From IMG/VR virus record IMGVR_UViG_3300020171_000079: a stretch of DNA of 36,739 nucleotides; one strand, given 5' to 3'. The first letter of the stretch is position 1; each line of letters starts with the position of its first letter. The stretch is from a virus. Lineage: Duplodnaviria > Caudoviricetes. This document shows positions 14,356 through 24,070 of this stretch, one piece after another. A program made the position numbers and the translations under genes. The notes under the pieces were generated by a model. The model was not told the origin of the DNA. It saw only the letters and a list, made by a program, of their open reading frames with translations, and made no database searches.

Positions 14356-17300
14356 TTATCTCCTCACGGTTCCGCCGCTTCTGGTGCTTACTGTTCCTCC
14401 GCTTCTCACGGTTTCGCCGGACGATCCGGTTCGTACTGTTCCGCCCTGGTATGTTGATTTACTTTTTATTGCCTTTTTTACATCTCGCTTTATCTTCCGG
14501 CGCTTCTCTGAAAATTCTTCAGTCTGGGGCATTTGCGTGAATATCTTTAATCTTTCCCAGTCTGTTAATCCCGGGGTGGTTAGGGCTTCGACAGTTGATT
14601 TGATTTGCCTTTGTCCGGGGGCGCGTATACTTCCTCTCATTTTATACATCCAATCATTTGCTTTTGTTAAATCCCATTTACTGTCGGTCATAATACTGCC
14701 TACATAACTTGAGATAGCCAACGCCAGATAACCGGGGGCACCAAGTACAGTGGCAAAACCGTTCCCTATTCTCCACGATGCAGGGCCTATCCATTTCTTG
14801 AAATTGATACCCATCGTCGAACCTGCTGTTATTATTAAAATCCATTGCAGGATATATCTGATGAATGCCTTGCGTCCGTCAGCCCCGCCGTGAGCCCACC
14901 GGTTTACCATAGCGGCAAAACGGGGAGGCCATGTTCCGAATGTCCCCAGCAGTTTACCTGCCGGCCCGCGATAAAGCGCTTCCGTTTCTTCGGCGTAATA
15001 TGGGTATTGTGTCATTGCTTGCGCCCAATAGCCGGAAAGGTGACCGAGATAGAATATCTTTGCGGCAATGGGGTCGGTTTCTTTCAGTTTCAGTATTTTA
15101 TCTCTTACCCTTTTTGTCAGGTTATTGATAACCGGTTCGGTATACGCTTTTGGGTCGTCCAGTATAACCATCATTCCTATTTGGTATTGAGCGTCTGTTC
15201 TCAATGTGAATTTTAGTTTGCTCGCCAATTCGTCTGCCGTTATCTTCCCGGCTTCATATTTAGGCACCCAGTCTTCTGCCGTTATTATTCCGCAGAGGTA
15301 TGCCTTCTGGCGACTGCCTTTGTCTTTTGCTCTGAACAGGGTTGTCATTACTTGAGAAGCTTCGCCTATAGCGCCTTTGCCTTTGCTGAATTTAACGCCA
15401 ACGCCGAGGGTATAGATATCGGCCTCGTCTGTTTCCTGTCTGCCTTTTGCGGTTTTACTCCGCCAGGCCGCGCGACTCCATTTTACTCCGCCATATTCCG
15501 CGATTATATGTGTTTCCTGCGTGGTATTCTTTATGGCTGATCCGAGTGTTCCTATCAGGTCGGCATATACCAAGTCCCGGAGTGTCGATATATTTCCGTC
15601 AATCATTCTCCCGCGGGTTGTAAAGCCGAGCCAGTTGAGGGCTTCTTCGGTTTTAACTGCTCTCCCCAATTTGTTGTCAATAGCCGCCTGAACGGCGCGC
15701 TGCAGTCCGGCGTCAATTTGTTCTACTAATGGGTGTTGTTTACCGAGTAAATCATTCAAAATATATGACATCGCGTTTCTCACGGTTTTGGGAACGAGCG
15801 GGAAGTATTTCTCCACGTTTGCCGCGGCCGGCCATATGTATTTCTTTTTTACCACTCCCGCAGAATATATTTCAAACAGTTCTATGGGGTCTGTCAATTG
15901 TTCGGCGCCGGCGAGTATGAAGTCGCCTTCGGCTATTCTCTGTTTCTCGAAGAACATCTCGACCTCTTTTTTTGGAAGGTGACGGAATTCTTTTATTACG
16001 GTATCGGGGTCTTTGAGCATGCGGAAGATGAGGGGCTGGTATTCTTTCCAATATCTCTCCCCCTTCATGCCGGCGGCTTTGAATAGCCGGTTCCATAGCT
16101 CGCGGGCCTGCAGGGCCGCTTTCTTTTCCGCGTCTGTCAGGCCATAGGTTTCGCGTTCTGCCATAAATTCAGCCATTGTCGTGCCTTTGGGTCGGTGCAT
16201 AAAATTGAATATCTTTTCCCGCTGTTTTGCGTTCATTCCCTCGAATACTTCTCTGAATTGCTGTATCAGTTTCAGTCGCCATTCCCTGCCGTCTTTTGTG
16301 TTGGCTTCAAGGCTTTTGAATGAGTGGTATAGGTTCATTGCTGCTGGGCTTTTCTGTCTGCCCGCCCATGTGCCGAGCCAGTCCGAAGTGTATCGTATCA
16401 GATGAAGCATGGGGACACTTTCGGTGTGTTCATATAGGGTAAGCGATTCATTCAGTATTTTGAGCTGTTCGTCGTTAAGTTCGGATATCCGGCGCTTGTC
16501 GGGAAATATTGAGTGTATCTGTTGTTTCAAGAGTGCCGGCGACATATTCATTGTTCGCGTCCTGTTGGTTATCTCGCGGTTTATTTTCTTGTATTTCATA
16601 ATGGCGCTGATGAGTTCTTTGCCTTCGGTTTCGGTCATCAGTGTTAGGCGCTTTTTCCCAATTGTCCTTTCGGCGAATTGCCGGAATTCGTGAGTGTAAT
16701 CGCCTTCCCACTGGAACGGAGTGTTTTTCGCCAATACCGCGATCATTCTCTTTTGTTTGGTGGTAAGGGGGTTTTCTATGGGGGCGCCTTTTATTTCTTG
16801 TCCTATCAGTTCAATTCCGATTTTCGTGACCTTAATGTAGTCCGATACTTTACTCCACGGGAGTTTCTTTATCTTTCCTGCTTTATATCCTCCGGTTTCA
16901 AGGTTGGTGATGATTATTTCTTTTCTCGGAACAAATTTAGACGAGGCTACGCCAGCCGGGGCCACCATGCGAAGGACTGTCATACCGGGCATTTCGGCGA
17001 GTTCATTTAGTCTCCGCTGCATTTCGTCGAATTTCAGGTATTGCGACCAGTCGTATATGACGCGTGGGAATACTGACGCCGGTTCTGAATTAAAAAACAT
17101 AAAGGATATTCCCTTTTTATTTAATTGTTCCAGCTTATCGAGCAGTTCCATAAATCCGGCGGGTCTTTCGAAGTTGGCGCCGTGCTTGTATCCTGATGTC
17201 CAAAGATATGGAGGGTCAAGTATAAGTAGAGTTTTTTCCGCTTTGTTCTGTGGAAATTTTAGGGCTTCGTCTATTATTTCTATGGCGTCCCTTTGTTCTA

Positions 17301-20300
17301 TATTTGCTTTATTAAGTTTCCGGCTGTATGGGGTTATGGAGTTCCATATTTCGTGGACTTTGGTTGGAGATATTTTTGTTGTAGTGTCACGCCCTGTGTT
17401 GTTTTTTAATATCGTTGCGGCTGTCCATAGTTCATCGGTCGCCCAATAATATTTGCCGAATTTCTCTTTGAGATGATTCCACCAATCTACAGGAACACTT
17501 TTCATGGGCATATGGATCCACGTGCTTAATTCGGCTATTCGCGCCTTTACGCCTTCCGGGTTGGTTTTTATGGTTGCCCATATCTTTTGCATGTCGGCGT
17601 CCAGTTCGTTGAGGTTTGTTTCGGCGTCCTTGAATAGTTCTTGCGCAAGCAGTGTCATATAACCCGAGCCCCCGAATACGTCATAGACATATTCAAAGCG
17701 GGATAGTTTTTCAAGTCCCGCGGCCGTCACTTTATTCAGTTCGCTTGGCAGGCCGAGAATGTTCAGGATATATCCAAGCATTTGGTCTTTTGCGCCAGCC
17801 CACTGCATTGGCGAGTTATCTTTCTTGAATTGTGTGTTTTCGACAGTTCGTCTGTACACCGCGACAGGCACTTTGCTGTTTCCAGTGGGTTGAATGATAG
17901 GGGCCTGCTCATCCCATTGTATCATAATTCTTGCCATGCGCGCTATTTCTTCTTTGACGTCTTTGCTTGTTATGCCGCCTTCCCTGTTATCCCTCAATGC
18001 TTTCTGGCCTTCAGGCGATGTAAAATAATGGTTTATGAAGTCATGATCTACCGGGCCGGCAACGGTCGGGCGTTTGCCTATGGGTTTCACTTTATGCAGG
18101 GCGTCTATCACGGTATTGAAATCATCTATCCCCATGCTCTCGGTATATCTGTCGGTTCCGCCTGTATCGGCGTGTGTGGCCTTATATGCTTTGGATCGGA
18201 TATCTGCCTGGTTGAGCTTTTTTTTGACGAAATCCGGCAACGCGTCCCATTCTCCGCCCAATCCATCGGCTATCCATGCTCTCTGTGGTGGCGGTAACGA
18301 CGGGTCTTCCGAACCTGTTACTCCGAATGGATTTTCGCCATGTTCTATCATATAGAAAAAATTTGTTTCTCTTTCTTTGTTCCAAATATTCAGCGCCTCT
18401 CTGGTTATTCCAGCCCATTCCCTTTGTATTTCCTCGTTTGTGGGAGTCAGGATATCCGTTTCTTCCGGTGTATGAAGATATGAGAAGTCACCGAGATTAT
18501 CCTTTTCGTCTTCCGCTACGCGGAACGCGGGCTCGGCCAGTTCTGCTGTTATTTTCTTTTTCTCTCTGTTGTAAATGTTGTATTCAGTCACCCACTTGCT
18601 TTTTTTAATTCCGGCACTTTCGGGATTTTTTATGTTGAAATTCGATACTATTGTTATGTTGGAGGCTCCGTATTTTTTCTCCAATTTATCAAGCATTTCT
18701 TTTGATAAATCTTTTTCGTTTATCAGCTCTGCGGCTATTGTATTCTGCTGTTTTGTGGTGAGTATAGCCACCGCCATTTTAGCGTCTTTATTGGTTAGCG
18801 CCATAAATGAATTGGCAATATCGTTTATTGATTTTATGCTGCTCTCTACTCCACTCCAGTCTTCGAGTTTTTGCGTCTGCTGTTTCAGACGCTCGGAGCC
18901 GTCTTTTCCGATAGAAGTGTATGTCTTATGGTCGGTGATTATATGTCCCGCGAATTTTGGTATTTTTGTCAGAGCTTTCATTAAAATTCTGTCATTGGTG
19001 CTGGCCTCAGGGTTGCCGGACGGATGGTTATGTCCTATCCAAAAGTTTACTATATTGGGGTCGGCCTTCATATCCCTTGAGAGTATCGGGTATAGCTCTT
19101 TTACATCCACATAATCCACGGCGCCGCTGGAGAATACTTTGTATGTAATTATTTTCCCGGTCTTGTCCGTGTATATTATTGTGAAATGTTCTATCCCTGG
19201 GTGGCGAATAAGATTGACGAATTTCACGGCGCTTTTGTCGTCAGTTATTTTCCAGCCCTCGGTCTTTATATGTTTGATTTTTATTTCCTTTAATACTACC
19301 TGCTCTCGCTCTTTGTTCAGATCCATATTCTTAATCATTTCCAGCGCGCCGGCGTCTCTTTTTTTCGTAGTTCCGAAGGTGAGTTCAGTTTGCACTGTTT
19401 CCGTTAGCGCCCTTTTATGTTCGAAAAGCATTGTTATTTGTTCGTCGGTGGCTTCGGTTGTAATTCCGGCCCGGGCTTTCATCTTGCTTATGGCGATATC
19501 TATTATTTGACCGACTCTTGTTTTTGATATTTTAAATTCATCGGCAATATCGCGCACATTCATTGTACTGCCGGATGTCAGTCCATATTTTAAATCAATT
19601 ATTTGGAGCTCTCTTTCGGATAGTCCTTTCGTCAGGTGAGAAACCCTGTCTTTAATTTCGGTTATTTCTACCTGCCGCGCCTCTGTGCCGGGTAATGTTT
19701 CAATATAGGTCGTTTTCTGCCCTTCTTCCTGTTGTTCAAGTTTTTCCATGCGGGTTAATTGTGTGGAGAGCAATTCATCTATTTCTTTATTTAGCATTCC
19801 GGTTCTGGCGGCGATGCGCGATGTTGGCGGTATTCTATCAACTATTCCGGTGTCCTGTTGAATTTCAAAAATTGCTTTGTATACCCTATTGAGCTTTCGG
19901 CGCACGGACTGTGGATAGGTTATAAGGTTTTTCTGCCGAGCTATTTCCTCTCTTATGGCGGAGCGTATAGATTTGTAGGCATATGTTGAAAATTTCGTTT
20001 CCCCGGGGATATAATTTTTATAGGCCTTCATGGTTCCTATATTTCCGGCTTGTACGAGGTCTGCAAATGATATTGAAGGATTGCCGCGCTGTTCGGTTTT
20101 GGCTATACTGGATATCAGCCGTCCTACGCTTGCCTGCTTTCCCTGCGCGATTTCCTCTTTTGTGAGCTCTGCCGTGCCGAGTATTCGCGCCGTTTCCTCT
20201 TGTTCGGCGGTGGGGGCAACGTATTCTTCTTCGGGCGCTTCTTCTGATACAATGGCGGGCTTAACCTCTGCGGGCTTTGCTGCGGGAGATACTGCGGCGG

Positions 20301-21807
20301 GCATAAGCACCTGAATATCAAGATGTTCCCTAAGTTCGGGGTTTTTCTTTACGAGGTCGATAATTTTGTTTTTTAAGGTTTCGCCGGACGCATATCTGAA
20401 TGCTTCTTCTCCCACGCTTTTGAAGTATTCTCCGGCGGCTTTTACGGCGCTGTTTATCGCGCCTGTGATGTCATTCAGCACGGCGTCAGGGTTCGGCATT
20501 TCAGCCGTTGGTTTTGTCGGCAAACTTGCCCTTGTTTTTATCAGGTCGTCAATCTGCTCAAGGGCTGTTGAGGCGCCCTTCGGTGTTTTGATTTTCCCGA
20601 TTCCACCGCCACCCCATTGACCGAGCCGCGCCTTTACCTCTCCGCCTGTTATTCCCTCTGATACCCTTTGCACAGGTGCTTTTTTTACCTGCCCCAAGAT
20701 TTCCTTTGCCAATAGTTCGGTTCTCTTTTCTGCGCCAGCGCCCTTTATTTTTTGTATTAACGACGTCACGCGGGATTTTTCCCATGTCTTGCCTTTTTCG
20801 TATAAACTTCTCCATACTCTATCTGCGGCGCCCCTACCAAATTTATTGTCCACGTTGTAAAAAAACTTCCTGATCGCCACCGCGTCGGCTTCGGTATATT
20901 TCGGCAATACATCGGCGAGCTTTCTTTCCGCTAATCCCGCGCGGGATAGTTTTCCGAGCACTCCGGGGCTGTCCACGAATTTTTCCGCAATAGCATTTAC
21001 TCCGGTTACTCCTGCCCGCCTTATCATCCCTATACCTTTCGACCATAAATAAAGTTCGGCGAGTTCCTTGGGATTGGTTATGGTATCAAGAGCCCATGCT
21101 GTCAAATCTCGTCCGGCGTAAGCGACAAAGTTTTGGAATACACTTTTTGTTTGTGGCTCATATCCCTCTCTTAATAAATCTCCGAGAGTTTGTCCTTTTT
21201 GAATTGCGTCTGTGGCGGTCTGCATCGATGTCAGCAAATCTTCGCCCTTGATTATTTGTTCGCCCACTTTGTAGATACCCGTAAAACCGGAAGCCGCGGT
21301 CGCTCCGCCTTCTACGGCGCCCTGCCACATCATCTTTGCCATTTCCCCCGGCTGTACCGACTGCCTTAATTGCTCCACTTGCTCTGGTAACATTTGCGGT
21401 CCGGGCTGTGGCTGCATTTGTTGAGGCACGGGCATTGACGGCATTTGCATTCCCTGCTGTTGTGGTGTCGGCATTTGCATTGCCTGCGGTATTTGTATTG
21501 CTCCCGGCGCCTGCGCTATGGGCGGTTGTATTTGCGGCGGTTGCTGGAATACATCCCGGCGCGGGCCGCCTTCGGGCATGGGTATAAATTGTTCCTGCGG
21601 AGTTTGCGGCATTGTCCCGGCCTGCCGTTGCCGTTCCTTTTCCACTTGGATTTGCTCCGGGGTCAGTCCGGCGTATGGTTTGGGGGTCTGTTCTTCCTGT
21701 ATTCCAAGGAATTCATCTGCGGACGGTTTGATACCGAGGAATGCGTCAGCCGACTGCGCTTTTCGCTTCGGCTTTATTCCCAAGAATTCATCCGCTGATA
21801 GAGCCAT
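14356..21807 (-). CDS. 2483-aa polyvalent ejection/internal virion protein with sigma70, JAB/RadC and Dam-like N6-adenine methyltransferase domains
   Basis: Position of P22 gp16/T7 gp16; FADLVQAGNIG/KFSTYA (sigma 2), LSERELQIIDLKYGL...IADEFKISKTRVGQI (sigma 4), EHF...HNHPSG...S..D (JAB), QWAGAK/DVFGGSG/LDPPY (MTase). Confidence 0.85.
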   Translation of the reverse strand: MALSADEFLGIKPKRKAQSADAFLGIKPSADEFLGIQEEQTPKPYAGLTPEQIQVEKERQRQAGTMPQTPQEQFIPMPEGGPRRDVFQQPPQIQPPIAQAPGAIQIPQAMQMPTPQQQGMQMPSMPVPQQMQPQPGPQMLPEQVEQLRQSVQPGEMAKMMWQGAVEGGATAASGFTGIYKVGEQIIKGEDLLTSMQTATDAIQKGQTLGDLLREGYEPQTKSVFQNFVAYAGRDLTAWALDTITNPKELAELYLWSKGIGMIRRAGVTGVNAIAEKFVDSPGVLGKLSRAGLAERKLADVLPKYTEADAVAIRKFFYNVDNKFGRGAADRVWRSLYEKGKTWEKSRVTSLIQKIKGAGAEKRTELLAKEILGQVKKAPVQRVSEGITGGEVKARLGQWGGGGIGKIKTPKGASTALEQIDDLIKTRASLPTKPTAEMPNPDAVLNDITGAINSAVKAAGEYFKSVGEEAFRYASGETLKNKIIDLVKKNPELREHLDIQVLMPAAVSPAAKPAEVKPAIVSEEAPEEEYVAPTAEQEETARILGTAELTKEEIAQGKQASVGRLISSIAKTEQRGNPSISFADLVQAGNIGTMKAYKNYIPGETKFSTYAYKSIRSAIREEIARQKNLITYPQSVRRKLNRVYKAIFEIQQDTGIVDRIPPTSRIAARTGMLNKEIDELLSTQLTRMEKLEQQEEGQKTTYIETLPGTEARQVEITEIKDRVSHLTKGLSERELQIIDLKYGLTSGSTMNVRDIADEFKISKTRVGQIIDIAISKMKARAGITTEATDEQITMLFEHKRALTETVQTELTFGTTKKRDAGALEMIKNMDLNKEREQVVLKEIKIKHIKTEGWKITDDKSAVKFVNLIRHPGIEHFTIIYTDKTGKIITYKVFSSGAVDYVDVKELYPILSRDMKADPNIVNFWIGHNHPSGNPEASTNDRILMKALTKIPKFAGHIITDHKTYTSIGKDGSERLKQQTQKLEDWSGVESSIKSINDIANSFMALTNKDAKMAVAILTTKQQNTIAAELINEKDLSKEMLDKLEKKYGASNITIVSNFNIKNPESAGIKKSKWVTEYNIYNREKKKITAELAEPAFRVAEDEKDNLGDFSYLHTPEETDILTPTNEEIQREWAGITREALNIWNKERETNFFYMIEHGENPFGVTGSEDPSLPPPQRAWIADGLGGEWDALPDFVKKKLNQADIRSKAYKATHADTGGTDRYTESMGIDDFNTVIDALHKVKPIGKRPTVAGPVDHDFINHYFTSPEGQKALRDNREGGITSKDVKEEIARMARIMIQWDEQAPIIQPTGNSKVPVAVYRRTVENTQFKKDNSPMQWAGAKDQMLGYILNILGLPSELNKVTAAGLEKLSRFEYVYDVFGGSGYMTLLAQELFKDAETNLNELDADMQKIWATIKTNPEGVKARIAELSTWIHMPMKSVPVDWWNHLKEKFGKYYWATDELWTAATILKNNTGRDTTTKISPTKVHEIWNSITPYSRKLNKANIEQRDAIEIIDEALKFPQNKAEKTLLILDPPYLWTSGYKHGANFERPAGFMELLDKLEQLNKKGISFMFFNSEPASVFPRVIYDWSQYLKFDEMQRRLNELAEMPGMTVLRMVAPAGVASSKFVPRKEIIITNLETGGYKAGKIKKLPWSKVSDYIKVTKIGIELIGQEIKGAPIENPLTTKQKRMIAVLAKNTPFQWEGDYTHEFRQFAERTIGKKRLTLMTETEGKELISAIMKYKKINREITNRTRTMNMSPALLKQQIHSIFPDKRRISELNDEQLKILNESLTLYEHTESVPMLHLIRYTSDWLGTWAGRQKSPAAMNLYHSFKSLEANTKDGREWRLKLIQQFREVFEGMNAKQREKIFNFMHRPKGTTMAEFMAERETYGLTDAEKKAALQARELWNRLFKAAGMKGERYWKEYQPLIFRMLKDPDTVIKEFRHLPKKEVEMFFEKQRIAEGDFILAGAEQLTDPIELFEIYSAGVVKKKYIWPAAANVEKYFPLVPKTVRNAMSYILNDLLGKQHPLVEQIDAGLQRAVQAAIDNKLGRAVKTEEALNWLGFTTRGRMIDGNISTLRDLVYADLIGTLGSAIKNTTQETHIIAEYGGVKWSRAAWRSKTAKGRQETDEADIYTLGVGVKFSKGKGAIGEASQVMTTLFRAKDKGSRQKAYLCGIITAEDWVPKYEAGKITADELASKLKFTLRTDAQYQIGMMVILDDPKAYTEPVINNLTKRVRDKILKLKETDPIAAKIFYLGHLSGYWAQAMTQYPYYAEETEALYRGPAGKLLGTFGTWPPRFAAMVNRWAHGGADGRKAFIRYILQWILIITAGSTMGINFKKWIGPASWRIGNGFATVLGAPGYLALAISSYVGSIMTDSKWDLTKANDWMYKMRGSIRAPGQRQIKSTVEALTTPGLTDWERLKIFTQMPQTEEFSEKRRKIKRDVKKAIKSKSTYQGGTVRTGSSGETVRSGGTVSTRSGGTVRR

Positions 21808-22652
21808 TATTTGAACCCGAATTTCAGCAACTGTTGCTTTGCCTCGACAGCGGTTATTTTATTTTCGGCAAACGCCTTCTTTATTTCATTTGCCGATTTA
21901 TAGGTTGTCTTCTGCGATTTATTCAGTTCTATTCCGTATGGTGTCGCTGCCTTTTCGACAAACGGGTTCCATTTTCCTTTTCTCGCCTGTGCGGGTTTTA
22001 TATTTTTAATCTGCTTCTTGATAGCGACAACGCTGGGGTCACTTTCCGAAATGCCGTAATCCCTTGCCATGTCAGATATCACCATATTCGGGTCAGAGCT
22101 GGTTACATCAAGCGTTTCTCCCTTTTTATTCTTCCACCAGCCCCTCTGCAGTGATGTGGCAATATCCTGAACGGCCATTCGTCTTTTGCGCGCCGCTTCT
22201 GTTTCGGCTTTTGGAGTTTGGCTTTCCAACAGCGCCTGCATGTTCCTTATCAGTGTCAGCGCCTTTGATGTCTGTCCGGCGCGAGCGTCAGTTATCGTTG
22301 CCTCTGTTGGTGTCAGCCCGGTGCCGCGATATTGGCCTACGGGATTGAGGGTATTGCCGAGCCGTGAAAGAAAGCCGCCTGTCTGTGGCGCCTGCCTCTG
22401 TTGCATAATAGCGGGCGCCTCCATTGAAGGGAGAGCCATTTCAAGAGCGCCTGTCAGATTTCCGCCCTCAACGAGTTTCATAATTTCGGGCAGTTTCTTT
22501 TTGTCGGTTTCCTGACTGACCTGTGAAGCGTATTGCTTCATCAGTTCGCCTTCATATTGCTGTTTTTTGAGGTTGTTCAGCGTTTCAAGGAATTGTGACA
22601 CCGCCTGCACATTCTGGTTCCACGGGCTTTGCTGTATGTTTCTATTTGGCAT
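21807..22652 (-). CDS. Putative ejection protein (second of three)
   Basis: Q/A/K-rich helical protein in the position of P22 gp20. Confidence 0.55.
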   Translation of the reverse strand: MPNRNIQQSPWNQNVQAVSQFLETLNNLKKQQYEGELMKQYASQVSQETDKKKLPEIMKLVEGGNLTGALEMALPSMEAPAIMQQRQAPQTGGFLSRLGNTLNPVGQYRGTGLTPTEATITDARAGQTSKALTLIRNMQALLESQTPKAETEAARKRRMAVQDIATSLQRGWWKNKKGETLDVTSSDPNMVISDMARDYGISESDPSVVAIKKQIKNIKPAQARKGKWNPFVEKAATPYGIELNKSQKTTYKSANEIKKAFAENKITAVEAKQQLLKFGFK

Positions 22653-22661
22653 TATTCCTCC

Positions 22662-23486
22662 TTAGAACAGTCCCAATTGCTTAAGCGTCGCTATCATGGT
22701 GGCGGTCTGCCCTGCCGCGCCCATACCCGAGGCGAAGGGCGTTTGCCCCTGCTGCTGATTACTTGAATAATACGGAGTGCCTTTTAATGTTCCCGCTATT
22801 TCAATGGGTAACATCGTCTGCCCATACTGTTGCTGATACAGAGCATTTAATTTGTTCTGCTCAATCTCTCTGGGTAGTCCGCCATACATCATCCCCATTT
22901 GTGCTTTATAAAGTTCCGGTGACTGCTGTGAGTATTGCATAAGCTGTGGTATCGCCGCGAGTTGCCGTCCTCTTTCGGTTTCGGCTAATCCGCCGAGCGT
23001 TTGCATTCTGCCTGTGCCATATTGCGAGCGGAGTGTTGCTTCTGTCCGGCCGGACGGCTCGGAATAAAACATACCGCCCATTTGTGAGCCTCTGCGAAGT
23101 CCGCCTACTGCCTGTTCTTCATCAGCCATTGACCCTTCCCTTAATGCCTGCCAGTAAGGTGATGTGTAGGGGTCGTATGCTTCTCCAGCGACCGTCTTTT
23201 CAAGCTCTGACAGTCCTGTTTGATATCCTGTGCCAGTGGGAGCGGCCATATACTGTTCGAGCATTGATTGCGCGCTTCCCTCTACTCCGGTCATTCCCGC
23301 GACGCCTGCCGTGGGAATTGTGGGAGCATTACCCTGTAGCAAAGCCAAGAGGTATTTTGCCGCGGCTTCCTGTTCCGGGGTTTGGAGCGCCTGTGGCTGA
23401 TTCATTTTGTCCGCCAGACTTTTCTGTCCCTTGTATCCTGCATAAGCCGAAGCTGCTATTGCTACCGCTAACCATGGAAATGCCAT
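22662..23486 (-). CDS. Putative ejection protein (P22 gp7-like position)
   Basis: Hydrophobic MAFPWLAVAIAASAYAG N-terminus, G/Q/A-rich, DPYTSPY motif. Confidence 0.65.
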   Translation of the reverse strand: MAFPWLAVAIAASAYAGYKGQKSLADKMNQPQALQTPEQEAAAKYLLALLQGNAPTIPTAGVAGMTGVEGSAQSMLEQYMAAPTGTGYQTGLSELEKTVAGEAYDPYTSPYWQALREGSMADEEQAVGGLRRGSQMGGMFYSEPSGRTEATLRSQYGTGRMQTLGGLAETERGRQLAAIPQLMQYSQQSPELYKAQMGMMYGGLPREIEQNKLNALYQQQYGQTMLPIEIAGTLKGTPYYSSNQQQGQTPFASGMGAAGQTATMIATLKQLGLF

Positions 23487-23495
23487 AATATCCTC

Positions 23496-23897
23496 CTATA
23501 GCAGTTTTTCAACCACTCTATATAATTCTTTAAACCCCTTCAGGTTCTTCTTCGTTTTAGCGTGAATTTTTGTTATATCCAGTGTCCGCGCGAAATCTTC
23601 AATAACTGTCATAAATTCGATATCCATTCCGTCTGTCCACATTGAATCTATCCATATGTGATTATTTTCGAGGTTATTCATAATTGTTATAACGGCGTAT
23701 CCGTTTATTTTGTCGGGGCTGTCATCTTTCGGGGCTACGAGGACGAATGTCTGCCTGCTGGAAATTCCGATAAGCATATACTTTAGAAATATGCCGGCAT
23801 TCATTTCTTTGTCTTCTGAAAGTTTCAGCTTTCTGCATACCTCAATGAGGTGCGCTGTCTTTGTCGTCAGGAAAATTGTTTCTTTTTGTTCACTCAT
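23496..23897 (-). CDS. GNAT-fold virion assembly protein (T7 gp13/P22 gp14-like position)
   Basis: INGYAVI...IWIDSMW...IEDFARTLDITKIHAKT pattern; located between tail and ejection genes. Confidence 0.55.
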   Translation of the reverse strand: MSEQKETIFLTTKTAHLIEVCRKLKLSEDKEMNAGIFLKYMLIGISSRQTFVLVAPKDDSPDKINGYAVITIMNNLENNHIWIDSMWTDGMDIEFMTVIEDFARTLDITKIHAKTKKNLKGFKELYRVVEKLL

Positions 23898-24070
23898 AAA
23901 TACTCCTTCAATAATTCTATAATCCGATTTCTGTCGTTATCGGTATAGTTTTCCACATAGACTATATTTTCTTCTATCGTAATTTCGCACGAGATACCGT
24001 TGTCGGAGAGATGAGCTTTCGCCTGTCCGGCGTCTTTCTCGGTTGATATTGTTAGATTGATTTTAAGCAT
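23894..24070 (-). CDS. 58-aa hypothetical protein (MLKINLTISTEKDAGQAKAHLSDNGISCEI...)
   Basis: Translated by hand; overlaps both neighbours and fills the gap. Confidence 0.6.
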   Translation of the reverse strand: MLKINLTISTEKDAGQAKAHLSDNGISCEITIEENIVYVENYTDNDRNRIIELLKEYL

